A stretch of 49,759 nucleotides of DNA from Octopus bimaculoides (taxonomy: Eukaryota). A model generated the notes under the pieces. The model worked only from the letters and a program-made list of their open reading frames with translations, was not told where the DNA came from and made no database searches. The stretch's first letter is position 1. Each line of letters opens with the position of its first letter. The translations under genes were made by a program, and so were the position numbers. Of this stretch, positions 25,136-37,520 are shown piece after piece. The stretch is from contig NC_068991.1 of assembly GCF_001194135.2 (NCBI RefSeq), positions 58,024,655-58,074,413 of the forward strand, given 5' to 3'.

Positions 25136-25442
25136 AGCACTCCGTCGGTTACGACGACGATGGTCCCAGCTGATACGATCAACGGAACAGCCTGCTCGTG
25201 AAATGAACCTGCAAGTGACTGACCAAGCCACAGACACGTGTACCCCTAACGTAGTTCTTAGGGAGACTCATTGTGACACATAGCGTGACAAGGCCCGCCG
25301 TTTGAAATACAGGTACTACTCATTTTTTCCATCTGAGTAAACTGGAGCAACGTGAAATAAAGTGTCTTGCTCAAGGACTCAACGCGTCGCCAGGAATCGA
25401 ACTCACGACCTTTCGATCGTGAGCCGAATGCCCTAACCACTA
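25136..25442 (-). mobile_element. SINE family B, head truncated by a gap
   Basis: Same head, middle and tail organisation as 21612-21936; B box gagttcgattcc on the minus strand. Confidence 0.8.
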
Positions 25443-26006
25443 NNNNNNNNNNNNNNNNNNNNNNNNNNNNNNNNNNNNNNNNNNNNNNNNNNNNNNNNNN
25501 NNNNNNNNNNNNNNNNNNNNNNNNNNNNNNNNNNNNNNNNNNNNNNNNNNNNNNNNNNNNNNNNNNNNNNNNNNNNNNNNNNNNNNNNNNNNNNNNNNNN
25601 NNNNNNNNNNNNNNNNNNNNNNNNNNNNNNNNNNNNNNNNNNNNNNNNNNNNNNNNNNNNNNNNNNNNNNNNNNNNNNNNNNNNNNNNNNNNNNNNNNNN
25701 NNNNNNNNNNNNNNNNNNNNNNNNNNNNNNNNNNNNNNNNNNNNNNNNNNNNNNNNNNNNNNNNNNNNNNNNNNNNNNNNNNNNNNNNNNNNNNNNNNNN
25801 NNNNNNNNNNNNNNNNNNNNNNNNNNNNNNNNNNNNNNNNNNNNNNNNNNNNNNNNNNNNNNNNNNNNNNNNNNNNNNNNNNNNNNNNNNNNNNNNNNNN
25901 NNNNNNNNNNNNNNNNNNNNNNNNNNNNNNNNNNNNNNNNNNNNNNNNNNNNNNNNNNNNNNNNNNNNNNNNNNNNNNNNNNNNNNNNNNNNNNNNNNNN
26001 NNNNNN

Positions 26007-26076
<70 letters not shown>

Positions 26077-26681
26077 CGTGTGTGTGGGGGGGGTATGTAT
26101 GTATGTATGTATATAGAGGTAGATATATAGATATGTGTGTCTGTACATATACATATACGGATGCGTGTGCGTGTGTGTGGGCACGTATCTCTGTGCGGGT
26201 GTGCGTGGGTACGTGTGTGAGTGTGTGTGTGTGTGTGTGTGTATGTGTGTGTGTATGTGCGTGTATGTGTGTATGTGTGTGCGCGTGTATGTGAGCTGAA
26301 TTTCTTTACTAAAATTGAAACATTTACTGAAATATCTTGTAAAATGAAAATGTTAATAAAAAATCAATAAATGAAAATAAAATGGAATAAACAACAAATA
26401 AAATTTTCTAATTACATTCAAATACAATATCATTTTGCTAAAAGAAATTAAAAACAACAAAAAAAACTTTAAAAACCTATACATAGCAAAAATTATGTGA
26501 GTATATATATGTATGCGGTTTTATATAAATATAAGAATGTGCTTATGCGTGTGTGAGTTGCCGCAACAGTTTCTACATTTGATATAATTCAAGAGTTTGC
26601 TCAGTTGCTATCTCTTCTCTAGGGTTTCCTTGTTTTCGATGTAGTTTAGCAATTTATCATTAAAATTATATATGTGTGTTT

Positions 26682-26741
<60 letters not shown>

Positions 26742-27995
26742 NNNNNNNNNNNNNNNNNNNNNNNNNNNNNNNNNNNNNNNNNNNNNNNNNNNNNNNNNNN
26801 NNNNNNNNNNNNNNNNNNNNNNNNNNNNNNNNNNNNNNNNNNNNNNNNNNNNNNNNNNNNNNNNNNNNNNNNNNNNNNNNNNNNNNNNNNNNNNNNNNNN
26901 NNNNNNNNNNNNNNNNNNNNNNNNNNNNNNNNNNNNNNNNNNNNNNNNNNNNNNNNNNNNNNNNNNNNNNNNNNNNNNNNNNNNNNNNNNNNNNNNNNNN
27001 NNNNNNNNNNNNNNNNNNNNNNNNNNNNNNNNNNNNNNNNNNNNNNNNNNNNNNNNNNNNNNNNNNNNNNNNNNNNNNNNNNNNNNNNNNNNNNNNNNNN
27101 NNNNNNNNNNNNNNNNNNNNNNNNNNNNNNNNNNNNNNNNNNNNNNNNNNNNNNNNNNNNNNNNNNNNNNNNNNNNNNNNNNNNNNNNNNNNNNNNNNNN
27201 NNNNNNNNNNNNNNNNNNNNNNNNNNNNNNNNNNNNNNNNNNNNNNNNNNNNNNNNNNNNNNNNNNNNNNNNNNNNNNNNNNNNNNNNNNNNNNNNNNNN
27301 NNNNNNNNNNNNNNNTATATATACGTAAAGATCGGAAAATGAACAGAGATTTATATAAATACACACAAACACTGATAATAATACATGTCACACGATGTTT
27401 CGATGACTTGTTGAAAGATATTTGCACAAAGGAGTTAAGATATATGCATATGTATCTGTGTATGTATGTAAGCATGCGTGCATGTTCTCTTCTGTTTTTG
27501 ATTAGTTTTTATTCATCCTTTGAGGATAGAGGTGGTTTCTAACAAAGATACAACACTCCAGTGTTAGAAAGTAGAACGAAGATAACAAAAACCATGTTAT
27601 ATTTTAAACTTGGGGAAATTTCATGTGTTTTATGGTTGTAATATATTTGAAAATGAAAGGCGCTTATGTATTCATTTTCAAAGTTTGCTTTATGAAATTC
27701 ATGTTTCAAACTTCAAGTGAGTACCACATTGAACCAATGAACTAATACAGGTGCTAGAAATCACAAATACTGAATAGTTAAACTGCACTTCTGTACTAAG
27801 CTGTGATAGTTCTCACCTGATGATCTCGAAGGAGTGAAACCGAGTCGATCATTTAGTTTAAGGAAAGAAACCATATCATCTAACATATTTATGGAAACAT
27901 CTCTCAACAACCCAGCACACATTAAGACACACAGAAACAAACATATGCACACACATAGATAGAGATAGATAGATAGAAAGAGAGAGAGAGATAGA

Positions 27996-28029
<34 letters not shown>

Positions 28030-28289
28030 CAAAGAGAGAGAGAGAGAAGGAGAAATAGATGGATGGATACATACATATAAATTTCTTTTTGCAAGAAAGA
28101 ACATGGAGGAATTTAGTTCATTTTCCTAGTGAAAATGTATGCATAACGCATTATATGCCTAAAGTATATTTTCAGTGAAATGCACACAATAAATTGAATA
28201 TATATACACAAACATTTATAGATTACAACGACATCAAATAAATTATATAAGCTATAAAATATGTTTGTTAATTACTTATTACTCTTCTT

Positions 28290-28845
28290 GATAATGTAAG
28301 TAAATTTGTGCAGTCGACTATGAAACCAAGTGAATATATAGTACAAGATCTATTTTCCAAATGTTAAATCGCGATTAATTCTAGAAACTTTTGAACGTAT
28401 TAAAGCAGATATATGAACCTTCAATTTTCCAAAGATGATTTGGAATAAATAAGTTAAAATGAACAATAATAGATACAGCAGAGGATCCTTAAAAAAAAAA
28501 AAAAGAAAACACAATGTCAGACAAAGCTTCACCGGGTTTACGGAGTGAGCGATCAATAACGCAAATGAAAGAAAGGAAACGTAGTCAATATTTAGCAGTG
28601 ATGTAGACAACAAGAAATGTCTAACGCAAGCGAATCTTGATTTCCATAGCGCATGAGTTATATCATTCACCTTTTATCTTTTACTTCTTGCAGTCATAAT
28701 TTGCTAATGAAATTGTAGTTAAATTTGTGCAATCGATAATAACACCATGATGGATATATAATACGAAATATATTTTCTAAATGTTAAAGTGGGATTAATT
28801 CTAGAAACTTTGGTACGTATAAACGCAGACATATGAAACTGCTGG
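28290..28845. repeat. Diverged direct repeat of about 130 bp, offset 419 bp
   Basis: taaatttgtgca...tattttc.aaatgttaaa...gattaattctagaaacttt...cgtat.aa.gcaga.atatgaa occurs at 28301 and 28720. Confidence 0.85.
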
Positions 28846-28924
28846 GAAAAACCTTTAGAGAATTTCGATCGAGCGAATCCGCCCCCTGTACGTTTTAGTT
28901 TTTTTTTTTAGTTTTTTGTTTTTT

Positions 28925-29083
28925 TTTGTAAAGCCTGGTATTTATTCTACTAGGCTGTTTTGCCGTACTGCTAGGTTATGTACACGTAAACACACCAGCA
29001 CCGGCTGTTAAGCGGTGGTATGGGATAAACTCAGAAAGAAAGACGCAGACACATATATAAGTATGTATTTATACATATATATG

Positions 29084-29120
<37 letters not shown>

Positions 29121-29280
29121 ACGTTTTTATTTCAGTTTCCGCCAATCAAATCCCCTAACAAGGCTTTAGTCGACCCAAAGCTGTAGTAAAAGGTAGTTGT
29201 CCAAGATGTCACGAAGTGTGACTGAACCCGGAACCGTCAGGATTGGAAACAAATTTCTTACCACACAACCACGTCTGCAA
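28925..29280 (-). mobile_element. SINE family A with internal microsatellite, diverged
   Basis: Same blocks as 16842-17210, ending cttaccacacaaccac. Confidence 0.8.
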
Positions 29281-31559
29281 ACATAAACTGATACACTTTT
29301 GAAAAATATGATGAATTTAAAACAATTAACAAACAAAACATGATTGAGTAACTGTAGAAGAAAATACTACAAACAACATATGTATGCGTACAAAAATTTG
29401 CAGGAAAAATATTTCACATATATATATATATGCAGTATTGGGAAGAACCGCCCGGCTGAATAAAAGTCAGACATATGCAGTGAAGCGGTATTAATTCAAA
29501 TTGGACATCTATGTATCAAACTTAATGTAAATATTTCGTTGAAAGGTAAATCTATTGCGCTATTCGTCTTTAAATACCATATCTTAGTAACGTGCCCCGT
29601 TTATAAACATAATAAATATCTCCGTTTTTTCTTTTTCATTTTGTCGCTGTTATTCTCCTCTTAATCCTTTTTTGTTGAAGAACACAGGCTCGAAACGTCA
29701 AACACTTTCTGCTCTTCCGAGCGTTAAACTAATACACCTGCCTGTTGTTCCTTCACCGGTTTTCGTCTTATGTTTCCTATTAATTTGAACTATTATATAT
29801 ATATATATATATATATATATNNNNNNNNNNNNNNNNNNNNNNNNNNNNNNNNNNNNNNNNNNNNNNNNNNNNNNNNNNNNNNNNNNNNNNNNNNNNNNNN
29901 NNNNNNNNNNNNNNNNNNNNNNNNNNNNNNNNNNTATATATATAACTAGTATATATGTATATAGTGTATGTATGTATATCTATCTATCTGTCTGTAACTA
30001 TATTTATATCCATATATATACATAAACGTGCTTCTCGAGTGTGTGTCTCTATCCCTCCCTGTTTTCACATATGTAACCATATACATCCACAGATATATAA
30101 TTACTATCGGATGGGAGCATATAGACAACGTGAATGCACATAAGTTGACAATCGAGATGTTTTATACGAGTATATGTATATATATATATATATATATATA
30201 ACCAATCCAAGTGGTAGTTCTAATTTTGAATAGTAGCATCTAAATAATTGTCACCAAAATGTAAATAGGATTCAGCAAGTAATATCAAAATTACCCAGTT
30301 GCACATTTTGCTGCCATATTTAAGCATGCGCATATGCCAGTGCAACTGCATTTACTGCTTCTTTTGCTTTATTTCAATTCCATTTATGCTATAATATATT
30401 CATGTTTTTGAGAGGATATAAAAATCTGCATTAGTCAAACCGAAACGAGAGAGAAAAAATACATTTATTTATGCATTCAACGTATTCTAGCACTTACACA
30501 AACCAAGACGCTGAAACCCCCAAATACACTGCACATTATATATATATATATGTATGTATGTATGTGTGTGTATGTGTATGTGTGTTTGTGCGTTACCCAT
30601 ATACCACAATATCAATTTGTTCATACAGGTCAGCATCTATGAACTATGGCACAATATTGATAAATGTGTATTTTAAAAACTATCAGATGCAAAAATTATG
30701 GAATGATATACGTTGCGCAGGTACTGCCTAATTCCAAAATAATTTGCAACAAATGTTACTTGATGAATGAGCTAAAATATTCTCATTTCGTATCTGGACA
30801 ATGCATAATCTGTCCAAAATATTTGCTGAATTCCCCAAAAAATTCATATATAACGTATTTATTATCGTTTTTGCTAATGTACCCAGTTATATCGTGAAAA
30901 CGCTTTCCAGAGATCATGTGTTTTCATTTTTTACTTTTTTCTTTCTTTGCTTGCCCATGTATGTGATATTTCTCTATGAAAATTACGTGCATTAATCATT
31001 ATTAAGTCGTTTCCTTCACAGGATATTTTTTTCTGTCTTTCATTCTTATTCCTGAATGTCACAGGGAAGGCTATGGTTGTTTTGGTTACTTATGTCTAAT
31101 CATTGTTCAATTGTTGAAATCAAGTGTTCAAATCCCTCCAACTTTAATAATTAACAATTATTTTCTATAGGATGTCTTACTGATTTTACCTAATTAAGAC
31201 TTTGTATTATAACGCTCATCTAATACTCCATTATATCTATATTTTACTTAGATACAAATAGGAACGTATGGAATTCTCTCCTCCATCCTGCAATGCGCAC
31301 ATCTAGAACCTTTCACATTCGGAGTCCCATCATTTTCTCCGCTATATTTTTATGTATTTACATTTTTCTCCCCTCTCCTTCTTTATCACTATATGTTATA
31401 TAGATATATTACATATATTACATATCGATTTGATAACTTGCAACTAACTGACAATTTACATTTTGCTCTATTACAATCGCGCACACATACACATTTACAC
31501 ATTTATTCGTTTCAGTTATTTGACTGCGGCCATGCTGGAGCACCGCCTTTAGTCGAACA

Positions 31560-31593
<34 letters not shown>

Positions 31594-31739
31594 TTGTATG
31601 TATGCATATTCACGAGCTTGTTACCCTATCAAAGGCAACAGAATAGTATTATTAAATATTTTCAGGAATTTCTTGTTAACACTTTAATTGAAGAATTTCA
31701 TGTAACTGTATGTGTTGCGGAGCTCTCTGGAATAATAGT

Positions 31740-31900
31740 TTCAAGTTTTGGCACAATGACAGCAAGTTTGGGTGAAGGGTAAGTCGAATAACATCGACCA
31801 CAGTACTTATTTTATTGTCCCCGAAAGGATGGAAAGCAAATTCGACCTTAGCAAAATTTGAACGTGACAGCATATAGACGGACGAAATGTTGGCACATAT
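31740..31900 (-). mobile_element. SINE family C, diverged
   Basis: acatcgaccacagtacttatttt...cccgaaaggatggaaagcaaattcgacct...aaatttgaac. Confidence 0.65.
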
Positions 31901-32239
31901 AATTGATGAAATACTGGCATATATAAGTAAATTTGATCACATGGGTTGGCCTAGAGGCTGTTTGTATGTTTTGCCAAGGTACATAAGGAACATTTCGCAT
32001 CAGACTCCACCATAAATAATTATTTTTACAAAACAATTTGTCTTTAGATTTATTTAGCGCTCAAATCAAATAGAAAAAAAACAAACAAACAGGATTACTT
32101 TGAATTTACGCTTTCGCTTCATTGTTAGCGATTACTTATTTTGCGTAATTAAATTTAATAAAATGTTTACACTCTTCATTCTATAGTAATATTAAATGTC
32201 TCTTATCCCTTATATTTAGCTATAATAACACTTTTTACT

Positions 32240-32395
32240 AAATGCACAAAGCCTGAAATTATGGAGTTAGGAGCTAGTCGGTTGCTTGGACCCCCAGGGC
32301 TCAACGAGAACTTATTTCAACGACCCGGAAAGAATGACAGGCTAAGTCGACCTCGGCGGAATTTGAACTCAGAACCTAAAGGCTGGTGAAATACT
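32240..32395 (-). mobile_element. SINE family C, diverged
   Basis: gtcgacctcggcggaatttgaactcagaac...gaaatac. Confidence 0.7.
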
Positions 32396-32414
32396 GCTCT
32401 TTTACTCATTTTAC

Positions 32415-32644
32415 TTTTTTATTTGTTTCAGTCATTTGACTGCAGCCATGCTGGAGCACCGCCTTTAGTCGAGCAAATCGACCCCAGGGCTTATTCTTTG
32501 TAAGCCTACTACTTATTCTATCGGTCTATTTGGCCGAACCGCTAAGTTACGGGAACCTAAACACAACAGCATCGGTTGTCAAGCGATACCGGGGTGACAA
32601 AACACAGACACACAAACATATACATACATACACACACACACACA
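32415..32644 (-). mobile_element. SINE family A, 3' half; runs into a gap at its internal (CA)n
   Basis: Near-consensus tttcagtcatttgactgcagccatgctggagcaccgcc...ccgaaccgctaagttacggg... Confidence 0.85.
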
Positions 32645-33598
32645 NNNNNNNNNNNNNNNNNNNNNNNNNNNNNNNNNNNNNNNNNNNNNNNNNNNNNNNN
32701 NNNNNNNNNNNNNNNNNNNNNNNNNNNNNNNNNNNNNNNNNNNNNNNNNNNNNNNNNNNNNNNNNNNNNNNNNNNNNNNNNNNNNNNNNNNNNNNNNNNN
32801 NNNNNNNNNNNNNNNNNNNNNNNNNNNNNNNNNNNNNNNNNNNNNNNNNNNNNNNNNNNNNNNNNNNNNNNNNNNNNNNNNNNNNNNNNNNNNNNNNNNN
32901 NNNNNNNNNNNNNNNNNNNNNNNNNNNATATATATATATATATATACATATGCGTACAATTAGGTAAATATAAATTAAATATCTGTGATATACCTGCGTA
33001 CAGGATATATGCACATCCTATTCCTTTTCATATGGAATTTCAAATGAATGTAATTAAATAATTATTATTACATCAAACCTATACCCATGTCTGAAAGCAC
33101 CAAAAATACATCAACTAACTCTATTAAACCCCACCCCAACCATGTTAAGTTTACATACCAAAAATGTCCCCCTCTTTCTCAACATTTCCCGCTCAACATA
33201 TACCATTACTTTCTATTGAATATTCTTCAATATTACTCTTATTTATATTCAATATTGATGTTATATCTTTAAATTATTTCTTTGACAAAATGTAAAATGT
33301 ATTGATTTATTATAATAATTTTTTTTAAATATTTGTACAATCTACAGATATTATTACTATTGATAAAATTGGGAAATGAAGTAAGAAAAATCTGAATTCA
33401 TATTAAGCTGGGCAATATTATATGAATATCATTATAACAAAACATTTTATTGCTAAAATATTTGTCAAAGAAAATATTACTTTCGACTACATTGTATTTG
33501 GTAACGTTACATTAATAAGGTAAAGCATAATGAGACAATGTTGAACAATAAGAAAACATCACTGCAGTAATACTATGCATTGAAAAACACAGCTAATA

Positions 33599-34957
33599 TC
33601 CTTTATTCATAAAAATATCCTCCGTATCAAGAAGACACTTTGGACAATATATAATCATCTACATATTATGTCCGAGTGTTGTGTAGTTTATGACGGTTTT
33701 GAATTTCTTCACAGCTATATTTTGCATCATGTACTTAGGCATGCATCAACAGGGCCATTCTCTTGGACAGTCCAGAAATTCTCCGTTTTATTGGTCAATG
33801 GAAGCCAGGGCCCAAGCTCTAACCACTATAGTCAGAAGTACTGTTGTCAACTGGTGTTAGTAGAGTGGAGTATAATATTAAAATCCAGTGTTTGTAAATG
33901 TAATAAATGATGTACTTCATTACCTGTTCAGATTTCATAGAACATCTTTAACAACAAACACTACAGAATATATAGACATCACAACAGTATAAAAGTAGAC
34001 TCCTTTGGAAATGTCTTCAACGTTACATTCTTCCACTCCTTTATTCATACAGAAGAACTCTGTATTAAGGCGGCACTTTAGGCAATATTTAATCAACCAT
34101 GTACTTTTTGAAGTGACGTGTACTTTATTACAGGAACGGCTTTCTTCACCGTTATATTCTGTTTCATGTACTTAGACAGGTATCAATAATGCCATCTTCT
34201 TGTAGAGCTCATAAGTTCTCTGTTTTGTTGGTCAATGGAAACCAAGAGCCAAGATGTGATGTATCCCCAACTACACATTGTAGCATTCAGGAAACGATAC
34301 GTGAGCTAGGAAATATGAAACAATACAGGAAATATGAAACAATAGAAGAACAAAAGAGACTTGGGAGATTTATAGTAAGACTTGTGACGTGCTATGAGAG
34401 AGGAGGAATCAAGACAGAGAGGTTGGCATGTTTTAGGCATTGTTAAAGCTGATGAGACCCCGTTATGTATAATCCTCCCAAAATGCTAATAGAAGCAACC
34501 AATAAAAGGAAAAGGAGAAGCTTAGCAAGCCGACACCACATCACTGCAAATACACTCGGCTACTGCTGGTGCCTCTGCTGCTGCTGTTGCTGCTGCTGCT
34601 GATGATGATGACATTTTATTAGGAGATAAGCAGCAATAGCAATGATATAAAATATTTACCATTCGCGTATCAACAATGATACTGCATCAACATCATCTCT
34701 ATTCTTCCTTGGTTACAATTCTGCTGAGATTTTGCGGTGTTTTTGTGTGTAGACACAAGAACTCTCGCCAGTAGGCGTTGTTAGAGAGGCCTATGATATA
34801 ATATCCACTGTTTGTATATGTAATTAACGATGTACTTCATTATCTACTGCGAATGTTGCATTTCAAAGTGCATTTTAATAACGAAACGCCCCTCTTCATA
34901 TCTAAACAATATAAACGTAGGCTTATTTGAAATGACTTCGAACTTAGATCGTTCCAC
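33599..34957 (-). pseudogene. Two diverged tandem 438-bp units (second interrupted by about 480 bp); possibly a decayed repeat-domain coding sequence, product unknown
   Basis: Unit A is 33599-34036; unit B is 34037-34260 plus 34795-34957. Substitutions concentrate at codon positions 1 and 3 of minus-strand frames. There are several stops and frameshifts. Confidence 0.35.
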
Positions 34958-34969
34958 AATTTTCTAGAC

Positions 34970-35075
34970 TGTAGAGCTACACTAATTGCATATAAGCTAT
35001 TTTAAAATTAATACCTAAGTTGGTGTAGAGCTACTCCAATTGTATATAAGCTATTTTAAGATTAATATCTAAATG
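34970..35075. repeat. 54-bp tandem duplication
   Basis: tgtagagctac..aattg.atataagctattttaa.attaata.ctaa occurs at 34970 and 35024. Confidence 0.9.
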
Positions 35076-36824
35076 AGGGGGCTTAAGGAAAAACAATTAT
35101 TAACAAACCGTACCATACATATACCAGTTAATAGTACAGCCGTCACGGTATACATAAGGAGAAGAAAAACTATAGTACATGTGGATTTACGACACAGATG
35201 TCAATCATAGTATTAAAATAAATATTTAGCAAGGTTAACATTACTTCAGGGGTCATCACTTCATCTAGAGGTAGAGTAATATGCTTTTTTGAAAAGTAGC
35301 AAAACAAAAATATCACAAAAAACTGTAATTCAGAGTTTCACGTTCCCGTTCGTTTAGAAACAAAACTGTCCGACGAACGAGAACATAAAACTCTGAGTTT
35401 ACAGTTTTTGTGATATTTTTGCTACTTTTCAATAAAGTATATATACATATACATATATCCACATGTGTGCGTGCGTGTCTGTGTTTGTATGTGCGTGTAT
35501 ACATGTTTATACGGATATATACGCGTGAGTCCATGTATATGGAAGTGTATATATATATAGAGATAGAATCATTGTCAGGCGTGTCAAATGTGTCGTAAAT
35601 AACATTATACAAATTGTATATAAAATTTAGCTGCTCTTCTTTAAGCTAAACAATTGCCAAAAAATAATAATAGTATCTGTAGGGAAAATAGCATGCATCA
35701 CAGAATATGTAGTTACTTATTCATCATATCTCTGAGTGACCTTAGAAGACTGCGGGGTTTTACAATAACGTTGTTCTGGATACACTTCAGAAAGTTCCAA
35801 ATTGTTTATGCTTGCTGCTGCGTTTGAAGGAGTCATCGAGTAAGCAAGAATTTCGTTTTCTACATTTAGAGATACAATACAATAGAAATATCTATTAGGA
35901 GCTACAAATATTTGTGTATGCTTTTAGCCATTGGATTAAATTTGTCTTGAGACAGGGCATTAGAAATCTTTTGGTCAATTATATTCACGCCTTCTCAGGT
36001 ACACATATTATCAACGACAACTGTTTATCCAACAGTTAATGAAAGTTATTTACAGAGAGTAACCATGCTTTATTGTAAGTTTATTTAAGCAATTTTCCTT
36101 TCCTTGTAATGTATCTTTCATTACAAGACCGATAGGTGGAAGGGTTTAGTATTAATACGAAAAAAGTTCGTTATATACGTGTATATTCAAAATAGCAAAT
36201 TTCAGAAGGCAATAAAAATTGGGAATGGGATTATAATGAAGGCGATTAATAAAATAAATTGTAATGGTAATGCTTCTGTCGCTATTCATTATGTTTCGAA
36301 TGGGCTCACTGGCTATTTTCTTTGCGACACTAATGCCTGAATAGACAGTGGAATTCTATATAGATCGCTGACGGGGAGGTTGCTGCTACATTTAGCCACG
36401 GGTGTCTACCACTGAAAAGGGCAAGGAAGGTAGAAATCACGTGAACTGGTAGTTCTGGCGACGGTCTTGGTCGATTGTCTCCTACTAGCGCTATAAACGT
36501 GAGTGTTTATATGCACTGCAGTTCCAAATAAAAGGATCTCGGGTGGTAAATAACGTAGTATTTTATATATTCTAATACAACATCCACTTTTGAGTGGATA
36601 AGATTACAACTAGAAGATAGCGCTAGTATTAGATAAGAAGTTTGGTTAACATATATTTAATAATGTTCATGTTTATATCTATTGAAAGAATTAAAACTAT
36701 AATTCAGAGAAAATTTTGGGTATGAAATTGGCAGGATACCCAGTAATCATGCATGAGATTCAGATGAATTTAAAAAATAGAACTATGACGTGAATGTTAC
36801 CAGGTAGACTGGATCAAATAATGA

Positions 36825-37088
36825 GGCTATTGTATTCTTTTACATGTTTCAGGAATTTGACTGCGGCTATATTGGAGCACCACCTTAAAGGGTTTTTACT
36901 CCACGAAGTCAACCCCAGACTTATTCTTTGTCAACCTAGTAATTATGCTATCGGTTTCTTTGCTGAACTGCTAAGTTACAAGGATGTAAACACACCAATA
37001 TCGGTTGCCAAGCGATGGCGGGGTGCAAACCCAGACACACACACAAACACACACATATATACATATGCATATGTACATGTGTGTGTGC

Positions 37089-37137
<49 letters not shown>

Positions 37138-37227
37138 TAGATAGATATACGATGGGCTTCGTTTAGAATCTACCTACCAAATCCACTCAGAAGGCTTTGG
37201 TCGGCCCGAAACTGTACTAAGAGGCTA
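36825..37227 (-). mobile_element. SINE family A, 5'-truncated; left arm of an inverted pair
   Basis: ttgactgcggctatattggagcacc...(CA)n(TA)n...caaatccactcagaaggctttggtcggcccg. Confidence 0.8.
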
Positions 37228-37228
37228 A

Positions 37229-37520
37229 TAGCCTCGGGCCCATTGTGAGTTTCTGAGTGGACTTGGTAGACGGAAATTGAAAGAAACCTGTCATATACAT
37301 GCATGTATGTGTGTGTGTGTCTGTCTATCTGTCAATCTGTGTGCGAACACGTGTGTGCAATAGTTTTTCTACATGTGTTTGTCCCTCACCACCGATTGAC
37401 GTCCGGTGTGCTTACATCCCAGTAACCTTGTGGTTCGGTGAAAATAACGGATAAAATAAGTACCCGGGTCGATTTCTTCGAGTAAGCACTTCAAGGCGGT
37501 GCCCCAGCATGGCTGCACAC
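37229..37520 (+). mobile_element. SINE family A, 5'-truncated; right arm of an inverted pair
   Basis: tagcctcgggcc...gagtggacttggtagacggaaattgaaag...(GT)n...ggcggtgccccagcatggctgca. Confidence 0.75.

Noticed and set aside
27818-27850. Hammerhead-like core CTGATGA-tCTC-gaag-GAGt-GAAA-C-cga-GTC on the plus strand
   Set aside because: Stem I cannot form (only one C-G pair between ...tcac and gatc...). Stem II opens with a U-U mismatch, stem III is 2 bp and not palindromic, and there is no PLE context. Probably chance.
33730-34253. TGG/TGA alternation and shared TGAs suggesting a mitochondrial-code NUMT or selenoprotein
   Set aside because: The same frame also has TAA/TAG stops, the peptide resembles no mitochondrial protein I know, and the frame with the shared TGA lacks the codon-position signature.
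34448-34475. CTGATGAGACCCC, the start of a hammerhead-like motif
   Set aside because: No downstream GGTC-GAAA or closing stems.
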